Below are positions 38,158 through 51,400 of a DNA stretch of 64,000 bases, piece by piece. Below the pieces are notes generated by a model. That model searched no databases. It worked only from the letters and a program-made list of their open reading frames with translations, and was not told the DNA's origin. How positions within the stretch are numbered: the first letter of the stretch is position 1; each line of letters opens with the position of its first letter. The position numbers and the translations under genes were made by a program. The stretch spans positions 1-64,000 of the forward strand of contig NW_020844475.1 in assembly GCF_003704095.1 (NCBI RefSeq). Direction: 5' to 3'. The DNA is from Pocillopora damicornis (lineage: Eukaryota).

Positions 38158-39891
38158 AGAGTTAATGTTACCTCTCAGTTGAGCGAAGTACAACAGATTG
38201 TATAGTTTTTCTGTCGAAACGTGTTTCTGATGTTGAGTTAAGTATATTATTTTAAGTATTGACGATTACACGCAAATTTTTACGGTCCCTGGGAGACATT
38301 CTTCTCGATCCTATAAATCCTATGAAGGAAAAAAGGAACTGTGGAGGGCAAAATATCGTACTGACGTATACCTCAGCTTTATGCGTATTCTGTCGCGGTA
38401 GTTCACGAGTCAAGAGAGCGATATTTTGTTATTTGATGAACGATTTTGAAAAGGTTATCCGGTGTTTAACTTTAATCCCTCCAGGACATATATATTTTTA
38501 GTTGGATGTTAAATGGTTTTCACTGCTTTTCTCATGCTCAAAGCAAGTCGGTCTTTAAAGCATTAATTTAGACCTCAAGCGCACAAGGTCGAAAACAGTT
38601 TTAGCTTTGTATAGGCGCCCTTTCGAAAGTTGAGCGGAGCAAGTCTCACGTGGGCTACAAAGCTGGGTAGGTACTTTCACATTGTCGTACATTTCTTTGT
38701 GAGATTGATCTCCTGGAGAAAGGAATCGTGCTGACAGTATTGTAACAATCTTACGAAGAGCGTGGCCGGGTCCAAAGTTTCTTTGGCACGTGAAAGAAGC
38801 GAGTTCAGTAAATTGTGCATTTGTAAAAGACAGCAGGGTATTCCCTCTTTTGAAAACAGCATAGACATAAAACATGATGACATAGCATGTTGCTTGATAT
38901 TTCAGTGATATCTTATTGCCCTCAAGGTTTCTTTTGCCATCCCGATTGAAGCGCACTTTGCGCTTGACTGATCTGCTTGTAAGTTATCATCAAAGCGTAT
39001 AGTTAGCCAATCTTACACTTTTAGAAGAACTAACTTTTTATCGTCATGATTCCTTTCAGATTCATTGTTACAAAAAAGGGAACATAAACAAGTCCACCTA
39101 CTCCGCTAACAACGTACCCTGAGGTGAGTGCTATATTTGGTAATTTTCATTTCTATTCTTTGTGGTAAATAGGTCAGATATATTTAAGCAAATTTACTAG
39201 TCTTTGTCGATATTTGGAGTTACGAATGAGGTCTCCCACGTGCCCTGTCGATTGCTTTCCATATGCCTTTCCACCAACAGAAAAGCATGTTGAGGGTGGA
39301 TTTTTGTCAAAGCGACCATGTCTTAAATTCTTTCCTCATGTGATGGAGCCTCAAACGGGAGGCCTTTTTGGGTAAACGTTGGCGAATGAACCTTGTTTGG
39401 TTACTGGAATTTAAAACATGATTGTCATATCCAAGACATTGTGCGAAAAGATTACAGCTAATTATGAATCGTTTTGTTATGATAATTTGTCAAAACTCAA
39501 AAATTTTTAACTTTGTCGTCCTTTTATTTAAGACAGTGGGTCGGTGCGTGAGTGAAATGTCAGGCTCTAAGTTGTTTTTAAGCAGATGGCACAGTGAAAT
39601 ACCAAAGTTCGTGTCATTTGAAATCATTTGGCATTGAAATCCGTACGAGAAACATTGAATTAGGTGAACGCATGCACTTCACGATTGAAATAGTTTGTCT
39701 TAAGGTGTTTGTGTTAAGTGGACCAGTCTACTGTAAATATGGCTGTTATTTATAGGCCATGTGTAGTTTTATTTATCTTTATATATTTTTTTTCAAACTT
39801 TGTGTGCAAAAATATTAACTCAGTTATAACGATGTGCCTTTCGTCATGCATTTTTTGGCAGGGCAGATCTTAGCCAGGAGGATAAAGATCA

Positions 39892-42388
39892 ATGGATCTG
39901 TTCCTTACTTTCCTGCTTTTTGCAGTACTAGGGACAACGTATGTGTGCAGTATATACGCTGAACTGATCAAAGAAGAAAACGGAAAACCCGCCAAGTGGT
40001 CCGACCTGACCATTACAGAAACCCAAGTGGAAAATGATGTAGGGACTCTATTTCTTAACATAGAAGAAGAAAGCAATTCGTTAGAAGAATTTGCTGAAAA
40101 AGTCCTTTCGGCCTTCACACCAACCAGAAAGACTTCCGGGCATGGCCTCTCCATAAAACAAGTGCATTCCAGCCAAGGTAGACGGAGAAGACAAATCTTT
40201 GGAGAGGACAACCGAGTTAATATGCGAACTTCTCTCGAAGCTCAGATGTATCCGTTCTCCACTGCAGTGATGCTTTCTTCCGGTTGCACTGGCACGCTCA
40301 TCGGGCCTGAGCACGTGTTGACAGCCGCTCACTGTGTACACGACGGCAAAAGACACTTAAAAATTGCCAAACGACTAAAAGTTGGTGAGTGATTAGACTT
40401 ATTCCTTCCTTAAGAATTGTGCAACATCTCTGGTACGAAATTTATTTGATCTTTATTTACAAGGTCTCATGTAACAGCCGGGCTCACTATGCAGTATAAT
40501 TCACTGATGTTAAAAAATCAATTTAGGTTACACCGGGTCGACTTTGCTAGAATATTCAAAATTATAAAATCCATGTTATCAATTTGACATGGTTGAGATT
40601 TTGTTAGCGTATTTTCAATCTACGGTCTCTGTCTATTTTAACGTGTCTTGTATTCCTCCCACTTCTTTACCAATTTTTGCTCTGTTACATTAATTTGTGA
40701 GGTTGTCACATGACTTCAGGAGGGCTATTAACTTCTCAAGGACAAAGCTGAAATCTTGAATTAAAGCGATACGACAAAATTGAAAAGCATCCTTCTTAAT
40801 GGTTTGTCAGACGAGTATGGCTCCAGCAAACAAAGACCCCACTTGACGACGTTTGTTTTGATTCGTCGTGAATAACGCCGGACAGTAACACTAAAATTAA
40901 TATGAGATTATTGAAATTAGTACCCTGTTATATTGGCAAGTGAGGCGTGCTGTGGGGGCGTGGAGCTTGACTAAGACCATTGCGGAAAGTGGAATGAACG
41001 TCATCTACTTAGAATCTTTTTCATAAGCATTATTCAAACTAAATGTCTGGGAGAATTATATACAGTTATGTTCTTGATTAGCTTGTTTGTTTTGTTCCTT
41101 TGATGCGTTTGCTCGTTATTAAGTGTCTCTACGGTAATCGATGAAAACCTCAAAGTTTTGAAGCATTCCAACAATGTAGTATTTTCGTGACATTCAATAG
41201 TGCGTGAAATAAAGCTACCCTCAGGTGCACATGTACCATACCTTAAACGAATGTTACGCTTTCTTTGCGAATTTGCTTTTGGAGAGAATGTTGGTCTAAT
41301 TCAGCTAAACACTGGACGGTCTCAATTTGACGCCGAATGTCTTCTCAAAGATTGTTTGGAAATTGTTTAGAGTGATGAGATACCTTTCAACGGCAAGATG
41401 TTGATTTAAGCAAACTGGAAAAATGTAAACGGTTCCAGAAATTTGAGATCATACGCCTGAAAAAATTCTAGGAAATCAAGAGGAAGAGCGGAATAAAATC
41501 TTGCATTTGCGATGTGCCCAAACCCCGTCATTCATTACAAACTTTCTTTTTCTTTGAGTTTCTGTTTTCGAGAAGTTCGTCTGAAGCGTCTCGAACCACA
41601 TTGGCCGTTTTTATGCTAGAGACGTTAAAGTTGTCTAAGACGTTAAAGTCGTCTCTTAGACAACTTTAACGTCTCTAGCATAAAAACGGCCATTGACTGT
41701 CTTTAGAGCCATTAAGTGCACTTTGTTTTTGCCACCCATACGTATTCTTTGAGAGCATATTTTCGACAAACCGAACCAGTGTACTTGAGGTACTCATCTG
41801 AATTATTCATAACTTTCTATCATTCAGATATCAGTAATGTTTTCGTAACGTTCTTAATTAAGGTCATCGATTCTTTTTTTTTTGTATGCTAATACAACTT
41901 TATTTCCAGGTTTGCTCCAGCGATCAGGAAAGTTCCACTGGATCCAAGTGAAGAGAAAGTTTATACCTAAAAAGTGGAAGAAACAGACCCAAACAAAAGA
42001 GAGGCTGAGATACGATTTTGCAGTTTTAAAACTGAAGCGCAAGCACTCAAGAAAACACATGTCCGTGCAGATAAGCAGTCTTCTTCCCGGTTCGAAAATT
42101 CAATTCTCTGGTTTTCATGGTGACAAATGGTACAATTCATTGTGGTACACATATTGCTCTGTATACAGAAAAGCGAACGACATGATTCTCAACTTTTGCG
42201 ATGGAGTTAGAGGCGTCTCCGGCTCTGGAGTTTACGTAAACTCCCCTAGTCGCCATGAGAGTGCGGTAGTTGGAGTGGTTTCGGCAATAGTTCGCGGAAA
42301 AGTCAAAGGCAAAGAGTTCAAATTTAATGTTATTAATTCCTTTACCGGCACTAAGGTACGGCAGATCTCAAAGTGGGTCCGGCGTTAG
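39892..42388 (+). CDS. PRSS23/PRSS35-like secreted serine protease; exons 39892-40384 and 41910-42388 (323 aa)
   Basis: Signal peptide, furin-type RRRR|QIFGEDNR, YPFSTAV.LSSGCTG.LI..HVLTAAHCVHDG, YDFAVLKL and CDGVRGVSGSGVY match the PRSS23 family layout. H, D and S of the catalytic triad are all present. Confidence 0.9.
41603..41691. mobile_element. 89-bp perfect-hairpin MITE (Harbinger-like) in the PRSS23-like intron
   Basis: 38-bp perfect inverted arms ggccgtttttatgctagagacgttaaagttgtctaaga, a 13-nt loop and a 3-bp ATT duplication on both sides. Confidence 0.8.
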
Positions 42389-43434
42389 AAAGAATAGAAA
42401 ACAGTCCACAGAAGCAATGGAATCGAACATTCTTTTTTAAATCGAAACGGGAAGCGACAGTTTGTTTCAGTAGTCTCGATACATTGGTTACAACACAAAG
42501 TTTACCACAAAGACACATTACTAGCAACTCATGAACAACTGTTTTCTCCATGATAGTTAAACAATGTCACACGAATTTCCCAAGACGACGAGCACTTACC
42601 TTGATCAAGAATAGAATGCATTGAAACTCATTCGTTTCACAACTTTTCATATCCGAGCGAAGAAGGCTACATGAACGCTATGTACATTTGTTATCAGTTA
42701 TAATTGGAAAAAAAGTTTCCGTGACCTTTACATCTTTAGAATTGCGCTTTAGTGAATTACGTTCTATTTAGGTTTGTATAAAGGTTGATGTTGATTAAAT
42801 GAAGATTATTGTAGCTTTAAGTTTTCCCGTGACACTCACATGTTGCGCTGGAACATCACATATACAATCCGCAGTAACTGTTTTTACTTCACAGCACTTT
42901 GATTAATTAAATAAAAGACGCTTTCAGCCTATATATTTGCTTATCTCACTTTCTAGAACTTGTTTTCAATTATGATCAGTTAAAATGCTACTTGTCAATT
43001 TATCATGTTATGAAACAGGCATTATATGTCAATTGGTAATCCTTAATAAGGGAAAGGTAATAAATGCAACAGAAAATATATTGGTACTATCATGATCTTT
43101 ACATTCTTTAAACCTTAGTGTCACTTAAAAGAGGGCGAGAACGAGATGCATTATATTTCACCAAACTAAACACAGATGGTTTTTGTAGTCAAAATCACCG
43201 TTGTCCTAAAGTGATTTATAACTATATCATTGATTTATACAGATTTTTCTAGGTGAAATTTAATTCCCTAGGTGTGTCCACAGCGTAACGCGTAGCAATG
43301 TTTAATTAAATGTTCATGCACAGTCTGCAACAACATTTGATGCCTTAGTTCTTACAAGTTATTTGAAGCGTTTCATACGATATGAAGTAATTTTAATATA
43401 TTATTTACATCAGCTGAACTAAACTGACTTACGA

Positions 43435-43685
43435 ATAAAGGGGGTAAGTTGCTAAAGAAATTGTGGTGCTGCGTCGGTGGGAGAGTAGAACGGGGTAACT
43501 TAACAAAACAACTGAGTTGATAACGTAAACTAGCCACCGTAAAGAGTTCAAAGGCTGACGTGTCGAGCGTTAGCCTTTCGTCAGAGCGATTGACGAAGGG
43601 CTAACGCTCGAAACGTCACACTTTAAACTCTTTACGGTGACCAATTTACGTTACCAACTCAGTTGATGAAACTAAATTACCCTGC
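43435..43685. mobile_element. Penelope-like element terminal fragment; ~90-bp inverted arms with hammerhead-like cores
   Basis: Arms 43493-43583 and 43591-43682 are inverted. Core (C)TGACGA-agggctaacgctc-GAAAC-GTC. Diverged relatives at 13905-14100 and 38014-38157. Confidence 0.75.
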
Positions 43686-44817
43686 TAAACTGACTTATGT
43701 CGAAGAATTTACTCAGTCAGCCGTATATGACAATTTTATGTGTTTTACTGGAAAATATTTGTACCTTTTACTGTCATTCGATGTTTCATTGGCCTCAGTA
43801 AACATTTACCCTAAACGATTTCGAATGAATGTTTACGTTATGTTTCTATGCACGTTGAGTAAACCAGTTGCTCAGTTTATGATTTGTAGTTTTGACTGCA
43901 GGTAAATCTCACTGGAGTTCGACATGCATTACAAACATAAAGTTCCGAATTCAATGCCCCTAATTGCATCAAACTAATGCAGGTTTTAGGAGCGTGGGAA
44001 CTGTGGAAATCTCGAGTTGTTTAGTACTTCCATCTGTGACGACAAAAGGCTGTTTACATTTCCATTGCCAATTTAAAAAATTGCATGTGTTTTTGGCTAG
44101 CTATCTGGAACCAAAACGCCAAAGGCAAGAATATCTTTTTTGCCCCCTGCATAGAGTGATGGAAGTATGATATGAGTGGTTCCTTTTAAGGCCAAAAATA
44201 ATATTCAGTAGCTTAACAACACTAAACCTTAAATGGAGCGTTCATCGCAAAAAAGACTACTGCTATGATGTTGATTAAACTTAACCATGCGTGTACCATT
44301 AATGAGGTTTGGCAATCATTAAATGTCCTAATGTGTGATTCTTGTGCAAAATCGTTTCTTCGATTATTTCACAAATCCTGCAAAGCCATTTTGCATATTT
44401 CCTTTCAAATCACGCTCGACTCCGTGACGATATCGCCAAAAGCAACAGCTCTAGAGTGGCTGTCTGCGGCAAGTTGATAATTTATTTCTTAACCAAACGC
44501 GTTTTCAAGAGGACCGCTCTAATTTTTTTTTTAAGGCCAAAACCTGAAAGCGAAAAAAAGTTACCTTTTCCTTTATGGGTGTGAATTTCAATACCACTTA
44601 AATGAATATGTATTTCAATATTAATTCCTTCAAGAAAGGCTAGAAGAAATGCTATTTCTTTCTTTATTTAAGGTTCACAACCTGTTTCGAGACCTCTTCA
44701 TCATTTACGAAAAAATCACACTAAATCTTCGACAACGAATCAATAGAGAGTAACAAATTGGCATTATAAATATCGCCCCTTCCCCGCGTTAAGTTACAAC
44801 TAGCAAAATGTAGCTAA

Positions 44818-44871
44818 ACAATTAACTACTACAATTAACAACTACAATTAACAACTACAATTAATCTACTC
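44818..44871. repeat. Minisatellite, 13-bp unit acaattaacaact, about 4 copies
   Basis: Directly visible tandem array. Confidence 0.85.
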
Positions 44872-47800
44872 AATCATTCTTGTCAACTAATGTCCTTAGG
44901 AATCGCTCTGATTGATATATGACAATAAAGGGATACTGAAATAAAAACAATTTAAGAATGCATGAACTTTGTTTTAGTTGTAAGTCCTTTCATGCAATTC
45001 TCGTTCACCTCATTTTTCATTTTAATCGTTGCAGTTGTTGCAAATATTCCCCCTAAATGGTGCAGAGTTAACTCATCCGCTCCTGTCACCAAATAAATTA
45101 CAGAAAAGAACTTGACTAAGACAATGTAATTTTAGGTCATGAAGCGTTTAAGCTTACTTAACTTGGTGCTCATTTTTCGATACTTTTGCCCCTTTAATGA
45201 CAAGTGAGGTTGAGGTATCTTCTTATGTTTGGAAGGTATTTCGATAATTTTGATCGAGTTGTATTTGCAGCTATGAAAACTCGTGGTATACCGTATTATA
45301 AGAGCTCACGACTCTACAGGGGAGTTCTTAACAAATGATAATAGTTTGAGTTGTCATAAATTCATGTTCCCTTAAAGACCTGAACCTTGAAAGAGAGCTT
45401 TTCAAAACAAAAGCCAATTTCTGCGAATTCGTGGAACATTGCTCTGAGAAAACAAGGGGGTGATATGATTCATCTAAAACTTAAGGATGATGTTGGTGTT
45501 CGAGGAACAACCAAATTTTACACAAAGGTAATCGCAAGTATGTATAGTTAAAGAGCTTTTAGATCTCGAATGCTGTTTGAAATGCTCTCGACAACCATAG
45601 GACAACTGTGCACAGGTCTCCGTTCACAAAAGAGATGAAATGGACGTCGCTTGTTGAACAAATGTACAGTGTGTGACATATACATGTTAGCCTATGTATG
45701 TTTAGAACTAGTTGATACTACAACATTCACTTGACTGTTCAGCCCGTTAGTAATGTGGTTACTTTCTCCGCATAGATTGTTCCAGCAAACAATTGGAATG
45801 TAACGGCAGTAGAGCACTCTTCGCTTGAAAACCGAAAATTCATATTCTTTGCTTTTAGTTACTTCCTCTGGACTGAGAGCCACTTACAGGTGACCTGCTT
45901 TTGTGTCATACATAATAGGGAGGAACTTTCAGCTTAAACAGAGAACTACAACAAATTTTAAGACTGTTCATAGATATATCATTTGACGATCTTAGCAAGA
46001 AGGTATACATAAAAGTGAAAAAAATTGAATTGAAAGTTAGTGAGTAGGTGATCTGATGATAGCATGTTTTATTCTTAGTGAGTTTTTTCTTGCAGCAACA
46101 GATTGAAAGGTTACATGACATTCATTTTCTGGCTTCAAAATCCACCGACTAACTTTGTGTTCAGCCTCAATAAAATTACTTTAGAAGTCTTTATTCGTTA
46201 GTTGGTGCGCTACTCTTTTTTAAACTAGGGCATTTTACGTTCATCCTAGCTATTACTCTATATTGTCATAAAATATGTTTCATGTATTTCCCTATTGTAT
46301 TCTACTGAAGATTGTTGTCGAATTTAAATGGCCATTCCTGACATTTCCCTGTGGTGTTTTCCTAGACTGTATTATCCGCGTTAGTTTGTCTTTAGTTAAT
46401 CCTATTATTTTGCATGAAAACCTTTGCATTACATCTCTGGCCATCTAAAAAATAAAAAAGCAAGTAACTATCATAACTCATCAATTTTTTTTTTGCATTC
46501 AGTAAAAATTAAATCAGTTGTTCTAAACAGTGATTGCAACGATTATGAACGTTTACGAAAAGAAATTCCTGATTTCGATAATGTTTAGAATTTCTATTCA
46601 GTAAATGCGAACACTAAAACTTTACGGCAACTACAGATACAGTAAGAAGCAGCCAAAAATTTCTACCAGAGTAGCACTTTATTGTGTTTCTTCCGAAGCT
46701 TTCTTTACATATACCAGATACCGGTCGCCCGTTTTTTCTTTGCTAATGAAATCCAATAAATACAATACCAGTTAAGGTCATTATATTTTAATTATAATGG
46801 TAATAGTTCCTCTTTCCTATGAGGTAAATGATTTCTATCGTTAGAAATTGCAAGCTTGGAGTTTTCAGAGAGCTTAAAACTTTATTGAGCAGAAAATTAT
46901 CGTAGTCTTCATCTAAACAGGCGTCTGTAGGACTCAGGGTATACTGTAGGCCATCGAGAAAACAAATCTCTACATTTTGGTACAACTGAGAATACACCTG
47001 CACGACTGAAGTAGCATTTCAGTGGGTGAAAGTTTGTGAGACCTCCCAATAAAGCCATTTATCTAGGAGCTGGTACAAATATCCGATTTAGCGAAAATTT
47101 TCAGTTGCCACTTTGGGGAGAGTGGAGAGAAGGCTCTTGATCGCCAATAGCTGCTTACCATTACAACCAAAAACAAAGGAAGCATTTAAATAAACATTAA
47201 CTAGGGATTTTACGGACTATTTTCATTAGGTCTGAATTTCCTTATTACAAGGATTTAATGGGAAAACATTTATTTAGATTATTTACAATTACCTGTGGTA
47301 GGTTTAAGGTTATATACATACAATCCCTACGTAATCAACCCTTTTATGCACATATGTAAAAGGCTGTCGCCTCTGTTATCTTATAGTGTCCCCTAACCGT
47401 GTTTGCTTTTGTTCAGTCTCTTTTTCTTTTGGATCGATGATATTTCAGGCAGGTTTGCGAACAAAAACAATATACGTAAATTGGTCGTGAAATCGAAACT
47501 TGCCGTAAGGCAAAAATGGTCTCTTTCACATTAATGTTAATTGTCTTTTCCAATGAAAAACATCTTGACAGATGCCAAACCGTTAAAATCGCAAATATCT
47601 CATTTAATATTGGATTATACCCTGAAGAGATTATCGCATGATTTTCACTCCAATTTCTCTTAATGGCTTTTTATGCGACCGCTTTCCATCAACATATTGA
47701 GAAGTTGCACCACTATTGCATAATCTCCTGTAAGTTGTTCTCCAGTTGGTTTTCATTAAATGTGCAATTGTACGAAGCACAATATCCTCTGCACTTGATT

Positions 47801-48103
47801 GACACTTATAAAGGTATTGTAAGCTAACTGTACGTTCAAATAGCTGGTTACAAAAATGAATCATAAATATAATACATGGCCATAAATACGGCAGCGTTAA
47901 CTTTTAAATTAGTGTTCACCTTAAACCTGTTGTCGATAGAACTTTTTTAACAAAGTTTCAGGTCTTGTTGTGGGGTTACCTTCGGAAACGCATCAAAACC
48001 TGAAATACATCTGCTATCTTAAATTCCTTTTGATGACTTATTGCTCAGTCGCTGTTTTGAATTAAGCTACAATTCGACCAAGAATAGACAAAATGAGACT
48101 CTG

Positions 48104-48448
48104 TCAGTTGCATGTTCTGCAGGCACATCTTTTTGCCACTGGATAGCGAATCACTTTCCTTTCCCCCCAACAGGTTACCGTTTTTTCTTCAATAGTATCT
48201 TCGATAGGTGCACAGCACCCACAACTCGAAGCAAATCCAGTTCCATAGCTGAAAGGTTTCGCCGACGACAAGCAGCCGCCTCGACAACCAAAAGTTGTAA
48301 TTCTGAAGCTACAGTTGGCCTTCCCCATGATGAGGTAGCCTTTCGATTTTCGGCAGTCCGAAGGTTGTTGTAGTCTGTGGGTCGATTTGCCCGTGGTGGC
48401 GGCTAATAGTAACACAACAACCATGACTTGGGTAACGGAAAACAGCAT
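48104..48448 (-). CDS. Secreted cystine-knot hormone-like protein (glycoprotein hormone/bursicon superfamily), single coding exon, 114 aa
   Basis: ATG at 48448 lies just after an acceptor (TCAG| at ~48459); the track's start at 48454 is a TTG. Signal peptide and 11 Cys in the pattern C-x13-C..CRGGC..CGCC..C..CACRTC. An NCS sequon is present. Confidence 0.88.
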   Translation of the reverse strand: MLFSVTQVMVVVLLLAATTGKSTHRLQQPSDCRKSKGYLIMGKANCSFRITTFGCRGGCLSSAKPFSYGTGFASSCGCCAPIEDTIEEKTVTCWGERKVIRYPVAKRCACRTCN

Positions 48449-51400
48449 TTTCAACGGCCTGACGAAATAGAAATAGTTTCACTTTAGAAAGGAACATGCC
48501 TCTTTAACCTATGTAAAATCTGAGGCTGACCTGTACCTAAGACTGTGAAAGTGTGAATGTGAACTTAGAAGCTCCTGAGAAAGAGTCGACTTGCAATTAA
48601 TGCTGCCGCTCTCATACTCAATAAAAATTGGCACAGGGAAAGCTAACACCTGAAGTGTATGTTTCTAATCAATTTTTGTGGAAAATTGTACGCATGGTGA
48701 AGGTTACATTGACATCAGGCATAGGACAAACGTATGAATCCCCAAACTGAAATATTTTTAAGGAACTTAACTAAGCAGCATTCAACTTTCGTGGCGGTGA
48801 TCCTGCGCAAGTCAATGGTAATTAAAGCGAACCTGCTTTGTTTACAAGAAGTCTTTAAAACCAAAAAGAGTGGCGTGTACGGCTCAAAATGCTCAGGAAA
48901 GCCGCCTGGAACTTAACACTAACTTATAATTTAGTTTACCCACTTACACAAGAAGACTCCGAGCGGTGAAAGCTGATTTTTTTTTTTTACCAAGCTTCCG
49001 TTTTTAGCTCGTGCCTACGAAAAAGGCAAGTAATCAAAAGGCGACACGCTTTCTACCTTTGCCTTTCGCCAATTGTTTTCTGATTAGTAATTACTAATAC
49101 ATAATGAGAACAAAGATTCTCTGTTTACAATGGAAATCGGCTCCTAAGTGACAAAGTTTGACATCTGAACTACTCTACCTTATACGGCCTCGTTTGAATT
49201 ACTCTATCAAAGTCATTAACGTTCGGCGTGCGACGACTTCTATTAAACATAGCTTTCGATTGTGAAAGGAAAACATTTAGTTGCGTCTTTCGTTGGAAAG
49301 AGTGTAAGTGAATATAGACCACCGCGTAAATGGCAATGTTTGTGTTGGCTGAAAACGTCGCAAGAAATATCTTGCTCCCGGCACACTTAGTTGATTTTAA
49401 TATGACTGCAACTAAGCTAAAGGTTTGATTTCCTTTTAACGCATGTGTATCCTACATTCCACGAATTACCAGGTGAAATAAGTTTTCTCATTGCTTTCTA
49501 GGTCTTGAATTGAACGAACAGGGATAGTTACAAAAATGCATTGTGGTAACCTTGGCCCTCTCTCAGCCTCTTAATAGCCTTCGGGTTTCATAAACAAAAA
49601 CAATATAGTTAATACCTTCAATCTCGGAAAGTGCTTATTTCGAGACAAGAACAGAGTTAATTTTCCTTCAATATCACATCATTAAAATTAAGTTGTCATT
49701 CTGGTTTACAGTTTACTGAAACATGTTAATGGATGAACTAGACCCTTAGACACATCTGGGAGCCTTTTCAAAGCTTTGCCTAGAATGAAAACTCATTCAA
49801 GTGAGTCGCTTTGCCAAATAAAAAAAGAAATATATACATCAGGCAAACACTTTGCTACAAATTCACATCCTAGCTGGTCTTCTTTTTCTTTGAACAGAGC
49901 AGATATGGCTCTCTGCCAACAATCACCAATATTGTCCTAGCACTGCCCGAAGCAATATCATGTGGGGCTATTTAAGGTATTCTTTGTTTCCTTTTTGCTA
50001 TTAACATGTAGAGTTTTTCAAATTGAGCGAGAAAGTGGTGGTGCGAAGATTGGGAGCTGCAGTTTGTCCTGACGAGAACTACGTTGTTACGAGTTGTGTG
50101 GGATGATTAAAGCAGCTCAATAAAATTTCTAGAGATATGAAAAGGGCGGGAATCTTAATTGGTCTTAATTCTTCTTGCATCCGTTTCCCATTAGAAACAT
50201 TGAGTGAACATGATAAAATTATTATCAACAGTTAAACGTTGTAGGAAAGCAGTGTTGTAGCGTACGTGACCAGAAAACTAAATACAACTCGTACAGCAAT
50301 AGTGTCCTCATGCAATCTTAAGAATAAGCTACTAAACGTTTTTTTTTTCTGCAACAGGTGCATCTATACATACCAAGAAACAATTTGCCAGTTGTTAAGT
50401 AATTGGAATCTTCTAGAAGATCTGGAGTAATCTTCCTTGACTTGTACATTCATCTAACAAGAGAGTTGATGAAAAGCTTGATACGCGTGATTAATCTTGC
50501 CGGGCACGTGACAGCAAGAACTAACTTGATTAACCGTTTTGTATGTAGACTTATGTAACTGCTCCTTCTTTCCAAATGAGAGACCCTTTCAAATGAGAGA
50601 CCTTTCCAGCATTCTTTGTTTGTCTAAATGTTACTTTCACATCATTTAATTTCTTTAGAACCTCCTCTATAGACTTTTGTTCATTCCCACACCGATGCAA
50701 AAAGATTGGCTTTTCATGATTCGACCAAGGCTGCGCCAGGTAAGCTTGCCTTGGTAACATTTAGAACCGATGGAGCTTCAAGTTACAAATCCCAAATTTT
50801 TATTTATTCTGTGTAAATCCATATATAATTGTACAATCTCCACGTGATCAAACAAGAAAAACTATATGAATTGGCATTTGCAAACAGCTGTAAGGCAATG
50901 GTGTTTCGTAATATTTTTGGGTTTCTTTGCTCGGATTTTGAATTTACCTTCATATTTTCCTTCTCCGAGTACATAAGTATCGACTGAAAACTTTAAAACT
51001 TTGACTAACTTCAGGTAAATTTTCATAGGGTTTTAAAGGATTATTATTCTCTCTGAAACCTTAATTGTTTGCCCTGGGACCTCATCTACTCCAATTCTCC
51101 AAGAAGACAGCCTTGCAATGATCGATATCACGGGGAAATTATAACAACAAACCAAGCAGGGAACTCACAGAACAGTGCATAACTTTCAATCCATACAAAA
51201 CTGATATTTCTCAAGAACCTTGCATATAGCCGATTTTTCTAAGACGCCTTGTCCCAAAGTCCATAGCATAGATTATAGCTTATTGAAAATTTAAAACCTA
51301 TTATCTATCTCTTCAAATTTGTATTTCAATGTTTACTCAAGGGGATATGTGTTTTTGTGTAATAATGTGCTTTAAATATATTTAGGCATATGTTTATGGT

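Noticed and set aside
38555-38956. 133-aa minus-strand ORF
   Set aside because: No recognisable motifs or supporting splice structure.
44818-44871. CRISPR-like array
   Set aside because: Simple tandem repeat without spacers; no cas genes; eukaryotic context.
27737-48373. Antisense ORFs over real exons (27737-28102, 29317-29637, 33724-34080, 39870-40211, 48041-48373)
   Set aside because: Shadow ORFs on the opposite strand of genuine coding exons.
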